DNA of 64,000 nucleotides, from NCBI GenBank assembly GCA_041748235.1, contig JBGTDO010000029.1, positions 6,345-70,344 on the forward strand, written 5' to 3'. The position numbers were made by a program, and so were the translations under genes. The notes under the pieces were generated by a model. The model saw only the letters and a list, made by a program, of their open reading frames with translations, did not search any database and was not told the origin of the DNA. The DNA comes from Akkermansiaceae bacterium (GTDB taxonomy: Bacteria > Verrucomicrobiota > Verrucomicrobiia > Verrucomicrobiales > Akkermansiaceae). Positions 9,755 to 19,133 of this stretch are shown here, piece by piece. Numbering within the stretch: the first letter of the stretch is position 1; each line of letters opens with the position of its first letter.

Positions 9755-11473
9755 ATGGCTGAAAAAAAACTAGCGGCAAACGAGGGGATCAAGATCCGCT
9801 CCAATTATTTGCGCGGCACGATCGCGGAGGGACTGGAGAATTTGTCCACCGGCTCGATGAGCGAGGACGATCAGCAGTTGCTCAAATTCCACGGCACCTA
9901 TCAGCAGGATGATCGCGATCTTCGGCCGAACCGCCGTAAGCACAAGCTTGAGAAAGCCTATTCTTTCATGATCCGCATCCGCGTGCCGGGTGGTGTGGCG
10001 ACTCCTCATCAGTGGCTGGAGACGGATCGGTTAGCGACGCAGTTCGCCAACGGAACGATCAAGCTGACCACGCGGCAGGCGTTTCAGTTCCACGGCATCA
10101 TCAAATCGAACCTCAAGCGCACGATTGCAGAAATCAATCAGGCTGCCATGGATACCATCGCAGCCTGCGGCGACGTGAACCGCAACGTGATGTGCAACCC
10201 CAATCCGTACCTCTCATCGGTGCATGAGGAGGTGCTGAAGGTGTCCCAGCAGATTTCCGACCATCTGACACCTGCCACGCGGGCTTATCACGAGATCTGG
10301 CTCGATGGTGAAAAGATCGAGTCAAGCGAGGAAGAGGTCGAGCCGATCTACGGCAAAACCTATCTGCCGCGGAAGTTCAAGATCACGGTGGCGGTGCCGC
10401 CATCGAACGATGTCGATATCTTCGCCAACTGCCTTTCCTTCATTGCGATCGTCGAAGAGGGCAAACTGATCGGATTCAACGTCGCGGTCGGCGGCGGAAT
10501 GGGCATGACCCACGGCGACGAGGAAACCTACCCACGGCTGGCCGATGTGATCGGCTTCTGCACGGTGGAGCAGGTCAGTGATGTGGCTGAAAAAGTCGTG
10601 ATGGTGCAGCGCGATTACGGTGATCGCACGGCGCGCAAGCACGCCCGCTTAAAATATACGGTGGATGATCGTGGCGCGGACTGGTTTCTCGCGGAGCTGA
10701 ACAAGTATCTTGGCTACGAACTCGGCCCTGTGCGTGAATTCGTGTTTGAAGACAATGGCGATCGCTACGGCTGGGTCGAGGGAGTCAACGGCCGCTACAA
10801 CCTGACCTTGTTCATCCAAGGAGGACGCGTGCTCGATACCCCGACTTATCCACTGCGGACGGGGCTGCGGGAGATCGCGAAAGTCCACGACGGCGACTTC
10901 CGCCTGACCGCCAACCAGAATCTGATGATCGCCAACGTTTCACCTGGGAACAGGCCGGTGATCGAGAAGCTTCTGGAGACATACGGCATCAAGGACAGCC
11001 ACTTGAAGAGCGGGCTGCGGCTCAACTCGCTCGCCTGCGTTTCTCTGCCGACCTGCGGGCTGGCGCTTGCCGAGGCGGAACGATATCTCCCCGATCTTCT
11101 TACGGAACTCGAGGAAGTGATCGAAGAAGCAGGCCTCCGCCATGACGCGATCACCATCCGGATGACCGGCTGCCCAAACGGCTGCGCACGGCCTTACATA
11201 TCTGAGATCGGCTTTGTCGGCAGGTCACCCGGCTCCTACAATGTCTATCTTGGCGGCGGCTTCGCCGGGCAGCGGCTCTCGAAACTTTATCGGGAGAATT
11301 TCCCCGGTAGCGAGATCAAGGCTCTGCTCACTCCAATCATCCGCAAGTACTCCGTGGAGCGGTTGGAGGGGGAGCGGTTTGGCGATTTCTGCATTCGCGC
11401 CGGCTACGTCGCAGCAACGGAGCAGGGCAAAGATTTCCATCACAACGTACAAAAAGAGGCGCTGGCCCAATAA
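9755..11473 (+). CDS. cysI: Sulfite reductase (NADPH) hemoprotein subunit
   Basis: [41 protein letters not shown] siroheme/4Fe-4S motifs. Confidence 0.96.
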   Translation: MAEKKLAANEGIKIRSNYLRGTIAEGLENLSTGSMSEDDQQLLKFHGTYQQDDRDLRPNRRKHKLEKAYSFMIRIRVPGGVATPHQWLETDRLATQFANGTIKLTTRQAFQFHGIIKSNLKRTIAEINQAAMDTIAACGDVNRNVMCNPNPYLSSVHEEVLKVSQQISDHLTPATRAYHEIWLDGEKIESSEEEVEPIYGKTYLPRKFKITVAVPPSNDVDIFANCLSFIAIVEEGKLIGFNVAVGGGMGMTHGDEETYPRLADVIGFCTVEQVSDVAEKVVMVQRDYGDRTARKHARLKYTVDDRGADWFLAELNKYLGYELGPVREFVFEDNGDRYGWVEGVNGRYNLTLFIQGGRVLDTPTYPLRTGLREIAKVHDGDFRLTANQNLMIANVSPGNRPVIEKLLETYGIKDSHLKSGLRLNSLACVSLPTCGLALAEAERYLPDLLTELEEVIEEAGLRHDAITIRMTGCPNGCARPYISEIGFVGRSPGSYNVYLGGGFAGQRLSKLYRENFPGSEIKALLTPIIRKYSVERLEGERFGDFCIRAGYVAATEQGKDFHHNVQKEALAQ

Positions 11474-11505
11474 CAGATTCCGGCGCGCGACAACTCGAAC
11501 GAACC

Positions 11506-12252
11506 ATGATTATGGAAGCTGTAAAAACCGATCAAGCTCCCGGGCAATCCGGCGAGCCCGCGAGACTATCGGCAGAGCTGCAAAAGTTGCGGGCTGGCGC
11601 TCGCCTAGAGCTCCTGCATGAACGGCTGGGCGAGCGGCTGGTGGCGAGCACGAGCTTCGGCCTGCAGGCGGCGGTGATGTTGAAGCTGCTTCATGATCAC
11701 GCGCCTAAAGTCCCAGTGATTTTTATCGATACAGGGTTTCTGTTTCCCGAGACCTACCACTATGCTGAGGAGCTGATGGAGAAATTCCCGCTCGATTGCC
11801 GGATCTATCAGCCGACGGTTTCCGCCGCGCGCATCCAAGCGCTGTGGGGGAATCTTTGGGAAGACGGCAAGGATGGTGCCGAGAAATACGGGATGCTCAC
11901 CAAGATCGAGCCGATGAACCGTGCGCTCCGCGAGATCGGCGGCGACGTATGGATCAGCGGCCTGCGCCGCGCCCACTCGGATACCCGGCAGGACCGGCCC
12001 TTCGCCGAGCAGCAGAAGAAGACCCTGAAAGTCTATCCGATCCTCGATTGGGCTGACGCGCAGGTGGATATCTTCTATCATCAGAACGAGCTGCCGCGGC
12101 ATCCGCTCGGTGAGAAGGGCTATGTAACCATGGGCGACTGGCACAGCACCCGGCCTTCCAAAGATGGCACGGCGAGCGGCACGCGTTTCAATGGCGAGAA
12201 GTTCGAGTGCGGCCTGCACAACGATTCGGGCACTTCGGACTTTCAGATCTGA
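11506..12252 (+). CDS. cysH: Phosphoadenylyl-sulfate (PAPS) reductase
   Basis: STSFG, IDTGFLFPETY, WISGLRR, ECGLH. Confidence 0.93.
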   Translation: MIMEAVKTDQAPGQSGEPARLSAELQKLRAGARLELLHERLGERLVASTSFGLQAAVMLKLLHDHAPKVPVIFIDTGFLFPETYHYAEELMEKFPLDCRIYQPTVSAARIQALWGNLWEDGKDGAEKYGMLTKIEPMNRALREIGGDVWISGLRRAHSDTRQDRPFAEQQKKTLKVYPILDWADAQVDIFYHQNELPRHPLGEKGYVTMGDWHSTRPSKDGTASGTRFNGEKFECGLHNDSGTSDFQI

Positions 12253-12303
12253 TTTCCTCTGTATAATGGCAGGGAAGCAAACCTCCCAATCTCCTAAACT
12301 ACC

Positions 12304-13263
12304 ATGAACATCGCAGACAGCATGGTTGCCACGATCGGCAACACTCCTCTCATCCGCCTGAACCACGTCACCAAAGGCCTCGAAGCCGAGATCTGTGTGA
12401 AAGCCGAGTTTTTCAATCCGCTTTTCAGCGTCAAGGACCGGATCGGCAAGGCGATGATCGAGGCGGGCGAGCGTGATGGAAAACTTCAGAAGGGCGGCCT
12501 TATCATCGAGCCGACGTCCGGCAACACGGGCATCGCCCTCGCCTTCGTTGCCCGCGCCAAAGGCTACCGCTGTATCCTTACCATGCCGGAGAGCATGTCG
12601 GTCGAGCGCCGGGTCCTGCTGCGTTTGCTGGGCGCTGAGATCGTTCTCACCCCGCGTGCCAAGGGGATGGGTGGGGCAATTGCCATGGCGAAAAAACTTC
12701 TTGAGGAGACTCCCGGTGCCTTTGGTCCGGGGCAGTTTGACAACCCGGCTAACCCGCAGGTGCATCGTGAAACGACTGCAGAGGAAATCTGGGCGGATAC
12801 CGATGGCGAAATCGATGCTTTTGTGGCTGGCGTTGGCACGGGCGGCACCATCACGGGCGTTTCGGAGGTGATCAAAGGCCGCCGCGACATGAAGACCTTC
12901 GCCGTTGAGCCGACAAACAGCCCGGTCATTTCCGGAGGTCAACCGGGCCCGCACATGATCCAAGGCATTGGGGCCGGCTTCATACCGGGCAACCTCAACA
13001 TGGATATCATTGATGAAACGATCCTTGTCTCCAATGAGGACGCCTTCGCCACCGCCCAGTCGCTGGCCCAGCAGGAAGGTCTCCCTGCCGGTATCTCCAC
13101 CGGAGCCAATGTCTGGGCCGCGATGCAAGTCGCCATGCGTCCCGAGTTCAAAGGCAAACGCATCGTCACCGTCGGCTGCTCCTCCAGCGAGCGGTATCTC
13201 TCCACACTTTTGGCAGAGAAACTGCGCGAGGAGGTCTCGTCACTGCCGGTGCAGGACATTTAG
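12304..13263 (+). CDS. cysK: Cysteine synthase A
   Basis: IGNTPL, SVKDRIG (PLP lysine), [23 protein letters not shown]. Confidence 0.96.
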   Translation: MNIADSMVATIGNTPLIRLNHVTKGLEAEICVKAEFFNPLFSVKDRIGKAMIEAGERDGKLQKGGLIIEPTSGNTGIALAFVARAKGYRCILTMPESMSVERRVLLRLLGAEIVLTPRAKGMGGAIAMAKKLLEETPGAFGPGQFDNPANPQVHRETTAEEIWADTDGEIDAFVAGVGTGGTITGVSEVIKGRRDMKTFAVEPTNSPVISGGQPGPHMIQGIGAGFIPGNLNMDIIDETILVSNEDAFATAQSLAQQEGLPAGISTGANVWAAMQVAMRPEFKGKRIVTVGCSSSERYLSTLLAEKLREEVSSLPVQDI

Positions 13264-13308
13264 TCTGACATCGACAAGAACCCATTGGACGACTAATAGT
13301 CAGGAACC

Positions 13309-13923
13309 ATGAAAGTTATCGTCACCATAGCATGGCTTGCGCTCGCCACGGCCCTGAGCGCCGCTCCGAAGTTCGCCATGGTCCGGGTGACCGATATCTA
13401 CCGGAGCCTTCCCTCGACAGCGGCCCTGCAGAAGAACATCCAGCAGCAGCGGAACGCGGTGCTGCAAGACGTCCGCGCCGAGCAGCTCCGAACGATCATC
13501 GCGGAGCTTCAATCACTGCAGACCACGCTGCAGGCGAAGAGGGCTGAGCTTGATACCGAGCCGGTTAGAAAGCTGGTGCGGGACTACGAGATCAAACGCC
13601 AGAAAGCCGAGAGGCTCCGTCAGGAGTTCGGGGACTATCGGGCAAATGAGGAAAAAAGGATCAACAAGGAGATGGTCACGTCGATGCGCAAGTCCTTGGA
13701 CCGTATTGCTGAAGCCTCGCAACAGATCGCCAAAGAGCGCGAGATCGACGCGGTTTTCGACCCCTCTGGCAACACCAACACCGGCATCCCCTTCGTCCTT
13801 TATCACGGAGACGCGCTTGACCTGACCAACGAAGTGGTGGAACTCCTTGGCGAGGCCCCTGCCATTGATGCGGAGGAGCCCCAAAATGTGATTGCTCCAG
13901 GAACACCGGAAGAAACGAACTAA
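13309..13923 (+). CDS. OmpH/Skp family periplasmic chaperone
   Basis: Signal peptide, KFAMVRVTDIY, long coiled coil, IAKEREIDAVFD...DLTNEVVELL. Confidence 0.75.
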   Translation: MKVIVTIAWLALATALSAAPKFAMVRVTDIYRSLPSTAALQKNIQQQRNAVLQDVRAEQLRTIIAELQSLQTTLQAKRAELDTEPVRKLVRDYEIKRQKAERLRQEFGDYRANEEKRINKEMVTSMRKSLDRIAEASQQIAKEREIDAVFDPSGNTNTGIPFVLYHGDALDLTNEVVELLGEAPAIDAEEPQNVIAPGTPEETN

Positions 13924-13924
13924 C

Positions 13925-14443
13925 ATGGATTTTCAAGAAATTATCAGACATCCCTTTATTTGGGGGCTGCTCCTCGGTTTGCTCATCGCGGGCTTTATTT
14001 TGAAGAACGCGATTGGGACAAAGATGCAGTTGAAGCGTGAAATCAAACGCATTGAAGCAGAGATGCGCGATCTACAGATGCATCTCAACACCCAGCTCAA
14101 GATCACCGCCACCGGCAGCGAGTCACTGACGAAGGAAATTGAGACCTTGAAATCGCAGAACGAGAATCTCCGCGTCAACCTAGCCACTCTCCAGAACAAG
14201 CCGGACAAGCTGGAGCAGCGCCAGTACCGGCTTCACGAGATGGCGATCACGACGATGCGAGAGCAGGCCCCGGGATTCGCAGGTGTCTGGGAAAAAGCCA
14301 TGCGGCAGGCCGAGCAGGACATGGATTCTGCGGAAAACGGCTTTCAAAAATTCGTGCGCAGGGTCGTCCCCGGCCTCGGTCATTCCCCAAACAAGGCCTC
14401 CAGCGACGCCACGCTGATCGAAAACCAGACGGAGCCGGGTTGA
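13925..14443 (+). CDS. Hypothetical membrane-anchored coiled-coil protein
   Basis: ATG at 13925 immediately after the Skp stop. N-terminal TM segment (PFIWGLLLGLLIAGFIL), then heptad repeats. Confidence 0.7.
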   Translation: MDFQEIIRHPFIWGLLLGLLIAGFILKNAIGTKMQLKREIKRIEAEMRDLQMHLNTQLKITATGSESLTKEIETLKSQNENLRVNLATLQNKPDKLEQRQYRLHEMAITTMREQAPGFAGVWEKAMRQAEQDMDSAENGFQKFVRRVVPGLGHSPNKASSDATLIENQTEPG

Positions 14444-14500
14444 TCTTTTTTTCTGATCTGATTGTAAGATGCTACTCTCCTGTTATCGTATCGATCGTCG

Positions 14501-14623
14501 TTGGTAATTACTTTCCGGGCGGCCACCGCTCAGCGTCGTAGTCATTCACGATTCGGAGCGACGGCGGCCCAAGCCAATTTCCTCGCGTCGGGGTCCCGAT
14601 CCCCCGGCGCGAGGTTTTCGTTT
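14501..14623 (+). promoter_or_regulatory. Structured leader ending in an intrinsic terminator (candidate attenuator/riboswitch)
   Basis: Long imperfect hairpin 14517-14570, then a 13-bp stem (CCTCGCGTCGGGG/CCCCGGCGCGAGG) plus TTTTCGTTT at 14581-14623, about 50 nt before ATG 14673. Confidence 0.5.
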
Positions 14624-14672
14624 CCACACACCCGTCCCGCCAGTCGGGATGGGAGATCAATCCGAGAAACCC

Positions 14673-14936
14673 ATGCTGAGTAAAAAAGAACTCCTCGATC
14701 TTCAGTTCATCGATGCCCGCGCCCGCCTCATCGATCTAGCCGCTTTTCTCGACCGTCTTGAGCGTCACGGAGGAGAGCCCGATATCCGGTTGAGCTACTT
14801 CAAAAAAGCTCTGCCGATCCTGCTAGAAGACCGCTCCGACCGGGCCAAGGCAGTGCTTGAGAAATTTTCCGATCACTCCGCCGGACTGAGCGATACAGCC
14901 CCCTTCCAAGGTGCCAGCGGAGCCCCTATTTCCTGA
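14673..14936 (+). CDS. Small conserved hypothetical protein
   Basis: MLSKKELLDLQFIDARARLIDLAAFLDRLER...; ends 5 nt before the TatD-like gene and is helical and protein-like. Confidence 0.7.
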   Translation: MLSKKELLDLQFIDARARLIDLAAFLDRLERHGGEPDIRLSYFKKALPILLEDRSDRAKAVLEKFSDHSAGLSDTAPFQGASGAPIS

Positions 14937-14941
14937 TTCTT

Positions 14942-15742
14942 ATGCGCTACATCGAGCCCCACGCCCACATGGTCAGTCGGACGACTGACGATTATGAGAA
15001 GCTAGCCCTCGCCGGCTGCGAGGCTCTCTGCGAGCCCGCCTTTTGGGCCGGCTTTGACCGCTCGTCCGCTGACGGCTTCTATGACTATTTCCGCCAGCTC
15101 ACCGAGTATGAGCCGCGGCGCGCCGCCCGTTGGGGAATCAAGCATTTCTGCTGGCTCTGCATCAATCCCAAGGAATCCGATGACACTGGCTTTGCACGAG
15201 AGGTCATGTCGCTCATCCCCCAGTTCATCGGCAGGGAAAACGTGCTTGGCATCGGCGAGATCGGGCTTAACAAAAACACCCGCAGTGAGTTGAAAATCTT
15301 CGAAGAGCACGTGCAGATCGCCCTCGATCACGACCTGCCCATTCTCATTCACACGCCCCACCTTGAGGATAAACTCAAGGGCACCCGGCTGATCCTGGAT
15401 TCGCTCGCTTCCTTTTCAAAACTGGACCGGTCCAAGGTCATCATTGACCACGTGGAGGAGCACACGGTTGGTCATGTGCTCAATGCCGGCTTCTGGGCAG
15501 GAATGACGCTTTATCCTGAGAGCAAGTGCACGCCAGCGCGTGCGATCGACATTCTAGAAATCCACGGCACCGAGCGAATTTGGATGAACTCCGCTTGCGA
15601 CTGGGGCGTCTCTGATCCGATGGCGGTGCCCAAGTGCGCCTTGGAGATGAAGCGTCGCCGACACACCCCGGAGCAGATCCAGAAGATCGTTTATGACAAT
15701 CCGATAAGCTTTCTCAGCCAAAGCCCGCGTTTCAAGCTTTGA
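14942..15742 (+). CDS. TatD-family metal-dependent hydrolase (EboB-like)
   Basis: PHAHMVSRTTDDY, EPAFW, INPKE, GIGEIGLN, IHTPH, IDHVEE, NSACDWGVSDP. Confidence 0.85.
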   Translation: MRYIEPHAHMVSRTTDDYEKLALAGCEALCEPAFWAGFDRSSADGFYDYFRQLTEYEPRRAARWGIKHFCWLCINPKESDDTGFAREVMSLIPQFIGRENVLGIGEIGLNKNTRSELKIFEEHVQIALDHDLPILIHTPHLEDKLKGTRLILDSLASFSKLDRSKVIIDHVEEHTVGHVLNAGFWAGMTLYPESKCTPARAIDILEIHGTERIWMNSACDWGVSDPMAVPKCALEMKRRRHTPEQIQKIVYDNPISFLSQSPRFKL

Positions 15743-15847
15743 AGTCTCCCATGGCGGAGGGGAGACCCGTCCTGGGGATGATGGCTGGAGATGATAGCCT
15801 CGGTATTTTTATCGCCACAGGCGGGGCGGGTGGCTTTAGGATCGGAC

Positions 15848-16738
15848 ATGGATGGTTCGGGACAGAATGAGAAACGCGGAGGGAAGTTTTTTTCGAAGAA
15901 GAAGGCTTTGCGGGGGCAGGCGGGTCTTTCCGGAGGCTCGAAAGGCTTCGCCCCAAGGAAAAAGCAGGGGGAGCGGGAGCGCGGATGGGATAGCGTCGCC
16001 GGCTGGTACGACAAGCTCGTGGGGGCTGACGGTTCCGATTATCACCAGCACGTGATCCTGCCGGCGGTGATGCGCTTGTTGGACGTTGGCAAGGGTGATC
16101 AGGTGGTGGACGTTTGCTGCGGGCAGGGGGTATTGATCCGGCATTTGCTGGAGGCGGGAGCGGGTCGGATTGTGGGCGTTGATGCGAGCGGAAAGCTGAT
16201 CGCTGCGGGACGGCAGCGGCATGCGGGTGAGGGGAGGGTAGGATTCGTAACAGCGGATGCGTGTGCGAAGGGGGAGTGGGCGGATGGGACTTTTGATGCG
16301 GCGGCTTGTGTGATGGCGGTGCACGATGTGCCGGATGCAACCGGGTTGATGCGGAATATCGCGACCGCCCTCAGGCCGGGTGGGCGGCTAGTGGTGGTGA
16401 TGATGCACCCATGTTTCCGGATTCCGCGGGAGAGTCACTGGGGTTGGGACGCGGACCAGAAGGTGCAGTATCGTCGGCTCGACAAGTACGGGAAAGCACT
16501 GGAGATCGGGATCCAAACGCGGCCCGGGCTGGGGACGGACGAGGGAACTATTTTTTACCACAGGCCGCTGGCCGATGTCGTTTCCGCGATCGGCGGCGCG
16601 GGGCTGGGGGTGGTGGAGTGCGTGGAGTTGTTTTCACACCGGAGGTCACAGGTTGGGCCGTTTAGCAAGGCGGAGCACCGGGCGGCGGAGGAGTTTCCAC
16701 TTTTTCTGGGGCTCAGGGCGGTGCGGCTAGCTGACTAG
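15848..16738 (+). CDS. Class I SAM-dependent methyltransferase
   Basis: WDSVAGWYD, VVDVCCGQG, LRPGGRLVV, HPCFRIPR. Confidence 0.85.
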   Translation: MDGSGQNEKRGGKFFSKKKALRGQAGLSGGSKGFAPRKKQGERERGWDSVAGWYDKLVGADGSDYHQHVILPAVMRLLDVGKGDQVVDVCCGQGVLIRHLLEAGAGRIVGVDASGKLIAAGRQRHAGEGRVGFVTADACAKGEWADGTFDAAACVMAVHDVPDATGLMRNIATALRPGGRLVVVMMHPCFRIPRESHWGWDADQKVQYRRLDKYGKALEIGIQTRPGLGTDEGTIFYHRPLADVVSAIGGAGLGVVECVELFSHRRSQVGPFSKAEHRAAEEFPLFLGLRAVRLAD

Positions 16739-16995
16739 GCGATGAAGCCGATTGCCCCTCTTGAGGTTTGGTCGCCCACATTTCTGGAAATGTCCTCGAT
16801 CTGCGCCGGAGTGACGGGAGGGCCACCGAGGGTCGCGTTTACCCCGCTTACCGTTGTACGACAGATCCTGCATCTTCAGCCACTACATCGCGCCCCTCAG
16901 GTGCCGCTCCCTGCGCCTTCAAAAGAGACATCCTTCGCCGACAAAAAACAATTTACCTCCGCGCCGGAACGAGTCTATCCTCCTCAAGCACCAAT

Positions 16996-17068
16996 GCCTC
17001 GGTAGCTCAGTTGGTAGAGCAGAAGACTCTTAATCTTTTGGTCCTTGGTTCGAATCCAAGCCGGGGTA
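16996..17068 (+). tRNA. tRNA-Lys (CTT)
   Basis: GCCTCGGTAGCTCAGTTGGTAGAGCAGAAGACTCTTAATCTTTTGGTCCTTGGTTCGAATCCAAGCCGGGGTA. CTT anticodon; CCA not encoded. Confidence 0.96.
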
Positions 17069-17195
17069 CTTTCTTTTCCGCAGGTGAGAAAACCTTCCTG
17101 TGTAACGGTGCGAAGAGCGGGCTCGTTCACTGACCCAGAGGCGGTGGCGGCAAGGGTCAAGCACACGATCTCGGAGAAGGACCAAGAGAAAAGTG

Positions 17196-18431
17196 TTAGA
17201 AGTCGCTGCAGACGATTCCGTCCACGGTCCGGCAGGAGTGGATCTCAAACTCCGCCGCATATTCCGGGTGGGAGAGAGGATAAGCACGGTGGACGGTAGT
17301 TTGTAGCTTTTCGAAGGCAGCGGTGCGGATGATCGCGCCACTGGCACCCTTGTCGCCGCCGCCCAACATGCGCTCGCCGAGGACGCCTTCGACGGTGCGG
17401 GCGATGTCGCACATGGTCTCGAGTTCCGGCCCGCTGATCTGGTAATCATCCCTGAGGCCGATACCATCCGCGCGGAAATTCTCTCCGAGCGTCACGATGT
17501 CGCCGCTGCGCCAAGCGTTCAGGATGTCATGAAATCTCGCCCCGGCTTCGTAAAGATACTTGAGCCGGGGGATGCTTTCCGAGCCGATGGCTTTCAATTG
17601 GGCCACCGCAGCTTCGTAAATCGAGCGGTGGGAAATATCCGCGAGAGAGCTGATTCCCAGCTCAGCGGAGAGAACCGCAGTCATCGCAGCACATTCGCTG
17701 CGGCGAATCCGGTAGGTGGATTTTTCCAGTCCCGGACGCTTGGTTCCGGTATCGAGGCTGACGATGCGGAACGAGTCCGGATCGCCCCCGAAGGGAATGT
17801 GCTCAATGGTGTTTTCTCCGGGCCGGTAGTAGGTGCCCCTGCCTTCGCGGGCGTGATAGATCATGATCTGGTCGAGCTTTCCGCAGGGGGAGCCTATGTA
17901 ATCGTTTTCCACCTTTTGCGCCAGATCGACGGCGGTCATTCCACCCGGATCCGTGATGCCGTTGACTTCAAAAATTGTTAGAATCAGATTAAGAGCGAGT
18001 GATGCGGACCGGGACATCCCTCCGCCTGGAATGTTTCCATAAAGCACCGCATCGAAGCCGGTCCCGAGCTGGTAGCCCTCACGGCGCAGGATCGCCTCGG
18101 CACCCTGCGGGAAGCGAGCCCACGAGTCTTCCACGCTTTCTGCCGCGCAATCCACCCCCAGCGGAAAATCCACAATTCCGTCCTCAGGAAAATTGCAGCT
18201 GAAGATCCGGATGCGCGCGGTTTGATTCGGCTTGAAAGCAAGCCAGATGAACCGGTCCGTTCCTACACCGAAGAGCTCCATTCCATTATAATCCCCGTGC
18301 TCCACGCCAAGACAGAATCGAGAGGATGTCCGTCTGAGACGGCCGCCACGGATATCCAGTCCGTGCTGGGCGGCGACTTGCTGCAGTTTTTGACGGATCT
18401 CGGTTTCCACGGCGAAAGGCTGATGGTCCAA
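17196..18431 (-). CDS. GHMP kinase, galactokinase-like
   Basis: EHGDYNG, IPGGGMSRSAS, ENDYIGSPCGKLDQ, LRDDYQISGPELE, RMLGGG. Confidence 0.8.
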   Translation of the reverse strand: MDHQPFAVETEIRQKLQQVAAQHGLDIRGGRLRRTSSRFCLGVEHGDYNGMELFGVGTDRFIWLAFKPNQTARIRIFSCNFPEDGIVDFPLGVDCAAESVEDSWARFPQGAEAILRREGYQLGTGFDAVLYGNIPGGGMSRSASLALNLILTIFEVNGITDPGGMTAVDLAQKVENDYIGSPCGKLDQIMIYHAREGRGTYYRPGENTIEHIPFGGDPDSFRIVSLDTGTKRPGLEKSTYRIRRSECAAMTAVLSAELGISSLADISHRSIYEAAVAQLKAIGSESIPRLKYLYEAGARFHDILNAWRSGDIVTLGENFRADGIGLRDDYQISGPELETMCDIARTVEGVLGERMLGGGDKGASGAIIRTAAFEKLQTTVHRAYPLSHPEYAAEFEIHSCRTVDGIVCSDF

Positions 18432-18574
18432 GCTAGCAGATGTGGAGAGGGTGGTCTAATGAATAGCTGTTATCAGCAATGGAATGCACTCTCCCGGCTT
18501 GATCTGGATTTGACCGGAATTGCGGCTGGAGTAAGTTAAAGGGCTCTGGCTCGTCCCTCCCGGCCCTTCCCCCA

Positions 18575-19127
18575 ATGAACAAGCTGGACCCTAAAACCTC
18601 AGCGCTATTGTTGATCGATGTGATCAATCATTTTGATTTCGATGGCTCCGGCAAACTACTCCGGCACGCTTTGCCAGCGGCGAAAAAGATCGCCCGGCTG
18701 AAGCAGCGTTTGCGTGAGGCAGGTGTGCCCGTCATCTACGTGAACGATAATTTCAGCCGCTGGACCTCCGATTTTTCCGACCTCGTCGAGCACTGCAAAG
18801 CGCCGGAGCGCGCCGGCCGAGCGATTACGGAACTGCTGATGCCTGACAGAGAGGACTACTTCGTGTTGAAGCCAAAGCACTCAGGTTTTTACTCCACATC
18901 GCTCGAACTCCTTCTAGATTTTCTTGGAGCGAAGACTCTGGTCCTGACTGGGTTCGCGGGAGACATCTGTGTGATCTACACGGCGAACGACGCCTACATG
19001 CGCGAGTATGAACTCGTTGTACCGTCGGACTGTATCGCTTCGGAAAGCCCTGCGTCACCGGGCGACGTTGGAGCACATGCGTGTCCACCTGAAGGCCCGG
19101 GTGGTGGAGTCCCGCTTCGTTGTATGA
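18575..19127 (+). pseudogene. Isochorismatase-family cysteine hydrolase with apparent frameshift near 19053
   Basis: ALLLIDVIN, VIYVND, KPKHSGFY, GFAGDICV, DAYMREY. The family-like C-terminus (HRATLEHMRVHLKARVVESRFVV*) is in a shifted frame ending at TGA 19125-19127. Confidence 0.65.
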
Positions 19128-19133
19128 TCGTCT

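Noticed and set aside
11605-13128. 507-aa minus-strand ORF
   Set aside because: Antisense shadow of cysH/cysK, typical of GC-rich codon bias; no motifs.
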